Assembly: GCA_024137785.1 (NCBI GenBank)
Contig: JAHRHZ010000145.1
Location: forward strand, 35,791,435-35,855,434
DNA: 64,000 nucleotides
Origin: Ginglymostoma cirratum
Taxonomy: Eukaryota
Reading direction: 5' to 3'
Part shown: piece by piece, positions 24,701 through 36,700 of the stretch
How positions within the stretch are numbered: position 1 is the first letter of the stretch
Layout of the letters: every line of letters begins with the position of its first letter
The notes under the pieces: generated by a model
The model's database searches: none
The model's input: only the letters and a program-made list of their open reading frames with translations
Told to the model about the DNA's origin: nothing
Position numbers and translations under genes: made by a program

Positions 24701-27700
24701 ACAGTCATCTTTTCCTATCAGCAATCTGTGGGTCTCATGTTTCCTGGGCAACTGTGTTCCCTGGGAGACGAAGACATTTGAATTGCCTTTTTTTAACTTT
24801 GGTATGGAACTTCCTTCATAGATGTGGCAATGTGTTTTATTTTTAAAGTCATACTGTCATTCTTATCAAGTAAGATGAATCTTTGAATCTTGGTTATTTT
24901 CCCTAGTCCTGTAACCACTTTCACAGGATCTTAGATTGATCGTCCAGTATTTTCAAACTCTTCAATTACGTTTCTTTTTTGAATTTAAATCACCTACAAA
25001 CGTTTGTTTCTAAGTTTGGATTAACAACATTCAAAACATCCTCCTCTAGTCTTTTAAGAACTGTGGCAGGAACCACATTCTTCAACCTCACAGTTCCCTT
25101 TTTAATCCCAGGATCTATCCAATCAAACACTGAGCTAGTTACAATTTTGCCAAACATTTAAAATAAAGCACATTTTCCCTTTAAACCAAATTATAAAGTT
25201 TCGAATTTCACATACACCAAAAGTAATCCAGTAGATACACAGAAAAGAGTAGCACATATTTTTTACAGAAAGGAAAACAGAAGTAAATCAATTATGTCAC
25301 TGATCCCAATTCATTTTTCTTCAAATGTCTTTCAACTATAATTAAAATCTGAAGAGCAATAAATCTCATAGCAGGCAAATCTCAAGACATTCTACAGCAG
25401 CCTATAGTTTGTATAATCCCTCAAATCCTCATTTTTATAATGACTTAATTTAGTTTCCTGTTCTTTAATCTACACCCATTTAATGCAGTTTTGCTCACAG
25501 ATGCTTCATACACATTAATATTTAATTCAACAACTTCCCAAAATCTCAAAGAGATCAAACAACAAAATGAGCTTACACACACATGAGTTGGTTTGCCTTT
25601 TCTCCTTTTACAGCAACGTTCCAGCTACAGTGGTACTTCCAATGTAATTTCTGTTAATCGTGCTCTAAACCTTGTTTCTGTCCCTCAGCTTGCTTCTAGA
25701 TGTTTCATTAATTTGTTTCTGCATTTGTGTATATTTGTGGATGTGGATTTGCATTTAGCATTAGATACTTGCACTGATTGAGAATTGTTTACCAAACAGA
25801 AAATGGAAATAAATGGGTCATTCTCAGATTGGCAAGCTGTGGCTAGTAAGGAACATTCCAGGCTGGGTGCCCAGTTATTGTGGGGTGCCCACAATCTATG
25901 TCAATGGTTTAGATGTGGGGACCAAATGTAATATCTCCAAGTTTGCTGATAACACAAAATTAGGTGGGAATGTGAGTTGTGAAGAGGATGAAAAGAGACA
26001 TAAAGGGTATTTGTATAATTAAGGGGATGGGCAAAAACATGACCAATGGAATAGAATGTCAAAAACTTTGAAATTAAGCACTTTGATAGGAGAAACACAA
26101 ATTAAGGAACGTGTTGATGTGCAAGGAGCATGGGAGTCTTTGTTCATAAGCCAATGAATCTATGCTCAGTAATTATGAAGATAAATGATATGATTCATTA
26201 GATTAATCATGGGAAGAGTGGGATATATGTTTGAGGAGAGTTTGAGGATACAGGGCCTATATTCATCAGTGTTGAGAAGAATGAAATGTGATCTCATTGA
26301 AGCACAGAAAATTCTTACAGACCAAACAGGATAGATGAAGGAAGAACATTTTCTCTGGTTGTGTGTGGTGGGGCAGGGATCCAGAACCACTGGACATAAG
26401 TTTTAGAATTAAGGGTAGGCCATTTAGAATATGCTGAGAAAGAATTTCTTCACTCAGAAGGTGGCAAATATTTAAAATTCTCTTCCCAGACGTCTGTGAA
26501 AGCTCAGTCATTAGATATAGTCAAAACAGAAATTGACAGATGTCTAGAAAGGAAAGGTGTTAAGAGATATATGAATAATGCAGGAAGAACAGCAACGTTT
26601 GAGTTGAATGACAGATCAGGCTCCTATTTCAATGTTCCTGTAACTGGATGTATGAATTTGCCAGGCTTCTTGCAGAGGGGCAGTGACACCAATATTTGAT
26701 GTCTGTGACCTTAGACAGAAAATGGAAAGACATTAACCAGAACTCTAGCTGTCACTTTTGAGAGACATCAGTTTAGATTTTAGCTGAGGAAAAGGTCAAG
26801 CCTTGGTCATTGCCTTGAACAAATGATCAAATTGCTGGTGACAGCCTTTCTGGCTTCTGCATGAAGAATGATCTCTTGATCGAGGGACTAGACTGTTGCC
26901 ATTATGTGTGGATTAGCATGGGCCATTGCCATCAGGAAGAAAGGTGACAGAGGGGTAAAAATTGTGAGCAAAGAGAAAAACTGATCTTGTTTTGTAACAA
27001 AAATCATGGTCTTTACATTTAAATTTCTGATAAATTTATTGCTTAATGTTACATTGTACTATTTTTCTTTGAACTTTTTAGAACCACCTTCATTTATTAG
27101 AAAACCTGATTCTCAGGAAGTTTCACCTGGTTCAAATGTGAAATTTACAAGCATTGTTACTGGAACAGATCCATTAAAAGTATCATGGTTTAAAGGTACT
27201 ACTGAACTGGTAGCAGGAAGGCAATGTCATATTTCTTTAAGAGACTCAACAGCAGTATTAGAACTACTAAATGTGGAATCATCCCAAAGTGGAGACTATA
27301 TCTGCCAAGTCAGTAATGAAGCTGGCAAAGTTTCTTGTACAACAAAATTGTTTGTGAAAGGTTCGTAAAACACAAATTTAAAGAAATAAATTCAATATTT
27401 TGCTTGTGTTGGCCTTTTTGAGAACTGTTTTCATCTGTGTCTTTACCAGAACCAGCAGTGTTCCAGAAGAAGTTGAACGATTCTAGTGTTGTACTGGGGA
27501 AGTCAGTTTGTCTAGACTGCACGTACACTGGTACCCCAGAAATCAAAGTCACCTGGAAGAAAAATGGATTAGCTATATTACAGTCAGACAAACATATTTT
27601 AACTACTACTGAAACATCTTGTATTTTGGAGATTCTCAACTGTACTAGAGATGATGATGCAAAATACTCTTGTGAGGTAGAAAATGATGCTGGGATGGAC

Positions 27701-30700
27701 ACTTGTCATGCTGAAGTGAAAGTATTAGGTTTGTTAAACTCACTGGTTTCTATTAGTCACTCACTTTACATCAATATTCTGTTATTTTCTTTATACATAT
27801 ATATAATATGCATAATCTTTCATTGTTGCTTTCTTGCTTTTATCTCAGAACCACCAACGTTTGTCCAACATTTACAGCCTCTGGAAATAACATTAGGAGA
27901 TCCAGGATTTTTCGAATGCAGACTTGTTGGAACACCTGAAATTAAAGTGTCTTGGTACAAAGGAGACACGAAACTGAGAGCCACCCCTAATTGTAAAATA
28001 GAGCTTGTGAACAATATTGCAAGACTGGAATTGAAGAAAACAACTTTGAGTGACAGTGGAGAATTTATATGCAAAGCTGAAAATAAAATAGGGACCTGCT
28101 TATCAAAGGCCATGCTCACCATTCAAGGTGACTTTACTTAACGGATTCATTTGATATCTGTTCTTGGCAGATTGGCATATGTCTGCATTTTATACATTTT
28201 CTGTTTGAACATTTTAACTATACTGTGGTTGTTAAAAAAAATCCTATATTACTGTGTGATTAATGTACCCTTTAATTGTCTGTTTTACAGAACGTAAAAT
28301 TGCACCTTCTTTCACAAGGAAAATGCAGGGAATAGAAGGAACTCTCCATCTTCCAGTGACATTTGAATGTCATATTTCTGGTTCAGCACCAATTGAAACT
28401 ATTTGGTTTAAAGATGGTGTAAAACTAACTAGTGATGAAAATGTACTTATATCCTTCATAGGGAATGTAGCAACTCTTAAAATTCTTAAAGCTGAGATGC
28501 ATCATGCTGGTGAATACACTTGTAAAGCTATAAACATGGTTGGAGATGCTTCTTGCAGTTCAAGACTAACGCTGAAAGGTTTGTTGAGTAAAATATTTAT
28601 TAATTATCTTCTACTTCTTGTCTTTATCTTACGTCCTCATTTTATAGTGTTTAAACTTGAATATCTACTTCTTTTAACTATCATTACTAGACACAATTAC
28701 CTTACATTTAATAATATGACGACAGAAAATAATTCTTTCTTATTATATTTTTAGAGGCGAGGGTGGCCCCTGTGTTTGACAAAAAATTAGAGCCCATGGA
28801 AGTTATCACTGGGCAAAGTGTAGAACTTGAGTGCCATGTAACTGGCTCTTCCCCAATTAAAGTTATTTGGCTGAAGGATGGCAAAGAGATTCGTTCAAAT
28901 ATGAATTATAAGATATCTTTTGTGGAAAATACACCTCACTTGACAATTCTAAAAGCAGACAAGGGAGACTCTTGTCAGTACATTTGTGAGGCTAGCAATG
29001 ATCTTGGAAAGGACTCAACGCAAACACAAGTGACTGTAAAAGGTATTTCTTAATATCAGCCATTGTTCTGTTTCTCCCAGCCCAGAAATCCAGGCCAGGC
29101 TTTATTCATTAGCTGGAAGAATATTGCTTTTGTATGTTTTATTTCTTCATTGTGATTATTTTTTCTGATGATTTACTCAGTTTTAGTTACATTATGCATC
29201 TGAGATTGTTCTCTTACAGGCAATTACTTAGAAAACAAATTGAAACTGTGAAAAGTAACATTAAATGTGATGAAAATCTTTTCAATCTGTATTAATGGTT
29301 CTTAATTTTCACAAACTTCCACCATCCATCATCCATCTTCAAAAATATTTTGAGGTTTTCGGTTTTTAATAGATTCCACTTGATGCAGTATAACTTCACT
29401 GAAGTAATGAAGAAATATATCTGACATTTGTAACATTGATTCATTTTGTTGTGCCTATCTGTTTCAGATCGTAAAATTCCACCAAGCTTTACTAAAAGAC
29501 CTCTTGAACAAATACAGGATGCAGAAGGAAAAGCTATAAAACTTGAAGGCCGAGTATCTGGTTCACAACCAATATCTGTAACCTGGTTCAAAGATGATCA
29601 AGAGATCCTACAAACTGAAAATTATGAATTGTCTTTTAAATATAATGTAGTACTACTGAACATTAAGAAAGCACATCTCACTGATACTGCTGTTTATACA
29701 TGTAAAGCATCCAATGAAGCAGGAACTGCAGTATTTACTGTGTCTGTACTGATCACAGGTTAGTGATGAAGCCAATTTTTATTTATATAACATTGCTTGG
29801 TAACTGCATGCAGAAACTAATGTTGGCAAATGCTGCTATTGCCTATTTAGTGAAATATATTGGCAACTCTTTAAAGCTGGCTTGACATTCTTTTTTAGTC
29901 TTAGGTCTAGCTGGCATTGTAAAACCTGACATGTTGTCAGTTTTTAATCAACATTTCATTTAAATCTTATCTTCCTAGCAATGGTCTCTTATGGAAAATA
30001 TCTAAACACTGTTGAATGTCAACTAAAACTTAAATACAAGCTGCTTTGAATGGTTTTAACATTTTGCTAAGTTCTGAGGCTGCAAGTTTGGAAGATTAGC
30101 TTGGCTACATCTTTTCCTGCCTGCTGCCGTGATAATGTTGAACTCTCACTAAAGTGGTATGAGTTCAAATCTCACTCAACAGTAATTCAGTCTCTCTTTT
30201 TTTGTCTTTGCACAAGTTTTTCCTTTTCTTAGACAGGTCCCTGGATGAAACATTATGTTGTATGAAGGTGCTAAACACCTCCAAAAAAAATTTCCCAACA
30301 TCAACGCTTACGTTGTTGGCAAATTATAAGGTGCCGTTCATAATATCTGTGAAGTAGCCTCTGACACAAACTGCTTAAATCTCCCAGATGAAAGAGGAAA
30401 TTTGATGATGGGAAGCAACAGTGGGTAACCTCAAAGGGAGAGGGGCTATGCACTGTCTAAACTAAATGGTTCAAGCAATCTTTGATTGATGCGGGCGCAT
30501 TTTCCATTTTAGATACTGATATGTATTTTGTTGTTTTAGAGCTTATAGTGCCTCCTGTCTGCGACATACCTCTTAAACCAAAGACAATAACCGAAGGAGA
30601 ATCTTTGCAGCTTAGCTGCCATGTCCATGGATCTGAGCCAATTAAGATACAGTGGTTTAAAGACAGGAAAGAAATGAAGCCATCTGAAAGATTGAATTTC

Positions 30701-33700
30701 ACCTTCAAGGATGGTACAGCTGCCCTAGAATGTAAAACATGCGCTAAAACAGATAGCGGTGACTACCTATGTAAAGCTACAAATGAAGCTGGAAGTGTTT
30801 CTTGCAAAGCCAAACTAACAGTCCAAGGTACGGGAGTGTTGTGAAATAGGTTATCGTGGCCAGCATATTAAGGCTAAAAGCTCTTATTAATCATACTTGG
30901 TAAAGCGTATCCAACTTCTTCAGTCTCACAGCATGAAGGAAAAGTTCATGCAGTTTTGAGCTCCTTGAAGTATTAAAGCCATATTAATAGTGTCAAAGCC
31001 AGGCTCTTGCATTGGTCAAATATGCCTACATTGTGAATAGTAATTGTTTGCTGGTCAAAAATTCTAAAGGTATTTTGGCAGATCTTGCAACCTCTTGAAT
31101 CAGACCTCTTGTTGAGCTAGGCATGGAACATTTTTTAAAAGAAGAGAAAATGGCTTCTTACTTTTGAATTTTTAAACAAAGAATTAAACAAAAAGCATAG
31201 TTCTGGTTCATATTTTAGCGCTTATAGTTTCATATTGAATTAATTGTATTTTTCCCAGACTGAAAATATAATTAAACTCTTCTTTGTTGCCATAATATTT
31301 ATTGTCACTTTGGCGTTTCAAATGCTGCCAAAAGCTCTTTATTTGATATTTTATTTCCAGTGTCTTTGACCGCAGTGTTAAATATGATTTTGTTAAATAA
31401 GAATGTGGTACAAAAGTTAGGTTATTTTTAAACAGATGATCACATACAGACATAATGTGAACATGTACCTTTTTTTTAATTAGCTAACAGGATGAGGGCA
31501 TTGCTGGCTGGGCCAGCATTTATTGCTCATCCCTAATTGCCCAGAGGGCAGTTCAGAGTCAACTACATCACTGTGGGTCTGGAGTCACATGCAGGCCAGA
31601 CCTATAGCAGTTTTCCTCCCTAAAGGACATTAGTGAACCAGATGGGTTTTTTTTCCCCCCTGACAATGGATTCACGCTCATTATTAGTTTCTTAATTCCA
31701 GATATTTTATTGAATTCAAATCCCACCATTTACTGTGATAGGATTTGAACCTTAGTCTCCAGATTAACAGTCCAGCTATAATACCTCTAGGCCATCACCT
31801 CCCTGGTGGCGGTTTGTAAATTTTTCATAGGATGGTACATGGGATGTGTTAGAGTAGTTTTCCATATTGTCAAAGAAATATCTTACTGTTATCTGTTCTG
31901 AATTGTTAATGCTTGTTGTGCATATTTGTCAGAACATCATGAAAGTTTAATTCAAAAACTTCACATATACCTTGGCCATCCCTAGATGAACAAACATAAT
32001 AAAAGCATTCCATCTTCATGTAGCTTAGGTCATCCACCAACTGATGTTGAATTAGATGAAATATAAAATCAAACATCCTACAACCTCCATGTTTAGCAAA
32101 TTTAAGCAATATCAAAGGAAAATCACACCCAATACATCACACTCTGCACAAACATTGCATCATTGTGATTGCTGAATTTATGGACAGTTATTTAGTACTG
32201 CACGAAACTACAAAGTATTCGATGCAATTTCTTGTTCAAATATTGATGGCATTGGTGTAACATAGAATCCTGCACCTAAATTCAGATTCAAACCTGTCCT
32301 GACTGCAGATTTAAATGGGAGGAACTGGGTCCTGCTTCTCCTTTGCAGGCTCAGGTCAGACTCGGTTTCATTGTACATTGTACAGACTCAGTACATTGCA
32401 CAAAGTTGAAACTACATTGAGGTAAGGTCATATTTCTACTGTAATGTATCCTGAAGCGCCTGGCCAGAATATAAAATAATCTTTGTTATTGTAACTGCTT
32501 TAAATGTTAGTTTAAAAAATCCAATTATGTACACATTGTTTACTCATTTGTATATTCAGCTTGTTTCCTAGTAAGAATGTTGACATTGAAAACTAAAGCT
32601 ACAATGTAACATTCTTTTAACTTGTTCTGGTTTAGAAAAAGCTGTAGCAAAGAAAGTGGTTTCTCCACCAAAGGCAGACAAGATCTTCTTCATTGAGAAA
32701 CCAAAGAGTGTGAAAATAACAGAAAGTAAGTGCAGCGTGGATATTTCTTCTCATGCATTCTGATTATTAAGATGAAACATTTCTGAAGTATGTAAAAATT
32801 GTCAAAGCAAAAAATTACTAAATAATTACAACGCCCAAACTACTGACTGTTGGCTAGAAGGTATTACGGTTTAAATTTTAGCCTGAAAGTAGATTAATTT
32901 TCATTCAAGAGGGAAAAAAATGTAATCATACCCATTATCTCAATCAGGGCACCTCGGCCAGTAAGGGTCTTGAGCAAGGTGGGAGGGGTTGATGGTCTCT
33001 GGACTGAGATGAGTGAAGAGAGGAGGTGAAATCTGTGAAATTCATGACCACAATTAGGCTTTGGAGGCCAAGTCCCTGAATATTTTGAAGAAAGAAATAG
33101 ATGTCTAGACACTGAAATTGAGAGTGGGAACATGATGTTGACAGTCAGGATCAGTCTCAGAGCAGACTCCATAAGCTAAATGGCTTACTCTTCCTCCCAG
33201 TTTCTACTTTTCTAAGTGGCAAATGGAATGCCTAAAGCCTCCCACCTCACAGCAATAACATGCAGGGACCAGGCTAAGCATGTTTTGGGTAAAATGTCTG
33301 CCCCTTAGAGGGAAGAAAGGGTGGCATCCTGTGGGTGACATGCTGGAGTGGGTTGCCCTGCTTGCACATGGGACACCTCCATGATTAACATGCTCCCAAA
33401 TTCCTTACAGCCACTTCAAAGTAGCCCTTTGAAAAATGGCCTTTAAATTCTGGGCTGCCTTCCACTGCCCAGCATTTTATGGCACTGCTGGTAGATTGAT
33501 GTGTGTGAATGCTCCTTGACTGGGCAGGGTAAGGACCTCATTTCTTTAAGTTTAAGGGCATGTGGCTTATGGAACCATACCTCTGCACCCCCCCCCCACC
33601 TCCCTGCGCCAAACACACATGCTACAGGGGGTCTGCAAAATTCAGCTACCTGAGTTGTCTACGTTTTTCATCACCTAGTACATTAAATAAAGTGCATGTC

Positions 33701-36700
33701 ATTTCTCAGCTACATAGGGAAACAAAGCCTGAGCTAGTGAATTGTAGCTATGAAGAAAGGTTGGAGAGTTTGGGGTTGTTTTCTTGGAACAGAGAAGGCT
33801 GAGGGATAACATACAGTATGGAAACAGACCCTTCAGTCCAATTTATCCCCACCAACCAGACATCCTAATCTGACCTATTTCCATTTACCAGCATTTTGCC
33901 AATATCCCTCTAAACTTTTCCTGTTAATATGTCCATCCAGATGCCTTTTAAATGTTGTAATTGTACCCACCTCTACCACTTCCCCTGGCAGCTCATTCTA
34001 TACACACACTGCCGTCTGCGTAAAGAAGTTACTCCTCATTTCCCTTTTCAATCTGTCCCCTCTCACCTTAAACCTATGCCCTCTAGTTTTGGACTCCCCC
34101 ACATTAGGAAAAAGACCTTGTCTATTCACCCTGTCCTTGCCTCTCATGTTTCTATAAACCTCTATAAAGTCAGCCCTCAGCCTCTGATGCTTCAGGGAAA
34201 AAAGCCCCGGCCTATTCAGCCTCTCCCTCCAGTCCTGGCAACATCCTTTTAAATCTTTGCTGCACCCTCTCAAGTTTAACAACATCTTTCCTATTGAAGG
34301 GTAGCCAGAATTGTACACGTGATTGAGGTGTATATAATTGTGAGAGGTAGAGATAGACTAGACAGAAAAAATTTGTTTCTCTTAGCAGAGAGTTGCAAAG
34401 CCAGGGTTCTTTGATTCAAACTAAGTGGCAGAAGGAATAGAGGGGGTGTGATGAAAAACGTTTTTATGCAGATGGTAGTAGATGTCTGGAACTTGCTGTC
34501 TGAGTTGGTGGTGGAGGCAGAGAACCTAAACTCTTCTTAAAAAATACCTGGATTTGCACCTTAAGTGCTGTAAGATGCAGAGTTATGGGCCATGTGCAGG
34601 ACGATGGGATTAAAAAGATCATCTGAGTGTCTTTGGGTTGGCATGGACAAGATCAGCTGAATGGCTCCTTTCTGTCCTGTATTATTTCTGTGGTTATAAA
34701 GAATTTCATTATAAATATTTGACAGGAAAAAGTAAGAACACAAATTTTGAAGATGTTAGCAAAGATCTTAATTACTTTGTACAATTTGTGTTTCAGAGAG
34801 TATTGCAACGTTCACTGCAAAGGTAGGCGGTGACCCAATCCCGAACGTTAAATGGATGAAAGGAAAATGGAGGCAAATAAACCATGGTGGCCGAATTATT
34901 GTGCAGCAAAAAGGACAAGAAGCCAAATTGGAAATCAAAGATACAGTAAAAACTGACTCTGGACAGTACAGATGTGTGGCATCTAACAAATTTGGTGAAA
35001 TTGAAAGTAGTGTTAATTTGGAAATTGAGGAGAAGAAAGAAATTATTGTTGAAACCGACTTCAGAGCTAAACTGAAGAAGTAAGTGTGTTATATTCGGTG
35101 CAATTGTTAAATTTCTGATTCATAATAAGAATGAAGTGATTATACTCAAATTAGTATTTGTCATTTTACAATTATTTGTCCTGTTTATCAGAAAAACGTA
35201 GTGAATATTTCCAAAGTTTAATTTAATACAATCTCTTTTGCAGTTAACAGCGGTATTATCTTTGATTAGTTATTCCTTTTTATAGAATGATAAAATAAAT
35301 ACATTTTACATAGTATGTAATATTTATTTTTGGTCCATCAGTCTCTGTATTTGATTTAATATAAGTTTAATTTCAAATGTAGTAATAATGCATTAATATT
35401 TAACATCTATTTTATAAAGAACACCTTCCAAACAAAAAGAAGAAGAGGCAGACAAGGATATTGACATTGTGGAACTGCTAAGGAATGTTGATCCTAAAGA
35501 ATATGAAAAGTATGCCCGCATGTATGGAATTACTGATTTCCGTGGTCTACTTCAAGCCATTGAACAACTGAAAGCCAGCAAAGCAGAAGAAGAAACTCAC
35601 AGATTTGTGAGTTAATTTCCGATCATTTATCTGAGCATTAATACTGTGGAGTATACCATCATTTTCATACCAGATAAAAATCTTGCATGGTTTTTTTATG
35701 TTACAACTTTCAATTTGTTGTTGCTTTCTAAGGAGTTGGAAGAACGTGAACGAGGTCCTGAAGAAGAGGAGTTTAATGAACTGATCCAGTATATCCAGCA
35801 AAGAATAGAAAAAGTTGAGGTAGGATCTGCAATATAATTGATGAATATTGACCTCATGTTTTATTCAGGGTGGTATTTTGGAGCATTTTGTTTGAAGTGA
35901 ATATTTAAAAATAAAATTTGACCTCTGCAGCCTATTGAATTAACCAAGGACATTGAAGACCAACTTGTACGTACAAATGCGGATGCCGTGTTTGAATGTG
36001 TGATAAAGATAAACTATCCTGAAATCAAACTTTCTTGGTACAAAGGAACTGAAAAATTAGAATCAAATGACAAGTATGAAATTAGCATTGATGGTGACAT
36101 TCACTGCTTAAAGATCAAAGATTGCACACTGCAAGATCAAGGCAACTTCCGCATTGTCTGTGGCCCACATATTTCCAGTGCTAAGCTGACTGTTGTCGGT
36201 AAGCAGAGTTTGTGTTCTTTTAATTCTGAATGTATTTACCTTTCTTTTGTCTCATCTCACGTCATTGCATCGGTTTGTGTTCTCCAGAGCCCATCGTTGA
36301 ACAGCACCTTGAAAATCTTTCTGGTAAGGAAGGCCATATTTGTATCATGGTTTGCCAGTTTTCCTTACCCAACCTGAAAACTGAGTGGTTTAGGAATGGT
36401 CGAAGGATTGAGGGACAAGGCAGATATTCCATAGACGTTGCAGATAAATTGCAGAAGGTCACTATTAGTGACTTGAGACCAGAGGATCAAGGCCGATTTA
36501 CTTGCAGATATGAAGATCTTGAAACATCCGCTGATCTATTTGTTGAAGGTTTGTAGCTTTACCCAAAAAAAACTTACTGAATTGTACTTCAGTGGTCACT
36601 TTTTTGTTCAAATATTGTATTGTTTCTGCTTTTGTTTGTTATAGCGCAACCAATTGAATTCACAAAGACAATCCAGGATATAGTGGTGAAAGAGCATGAG

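Noticed and set aside
29320-29340. YCAY clusters (also near 9213 and 52003) as NOVA sites
   Set aside because: Short low-complexity motifs; NOVA is not an established muscle titin regulator and there is no conservation evidence.
478-30708. Many minus-strand ORFs overlapping Ig exons (e.g. 478-801, 4435-4692, 8228-8548, 27310-27702)
   Set aside because: Antisense shadows of titin codon usage; they recur with each exon and encode nothing recognisable.
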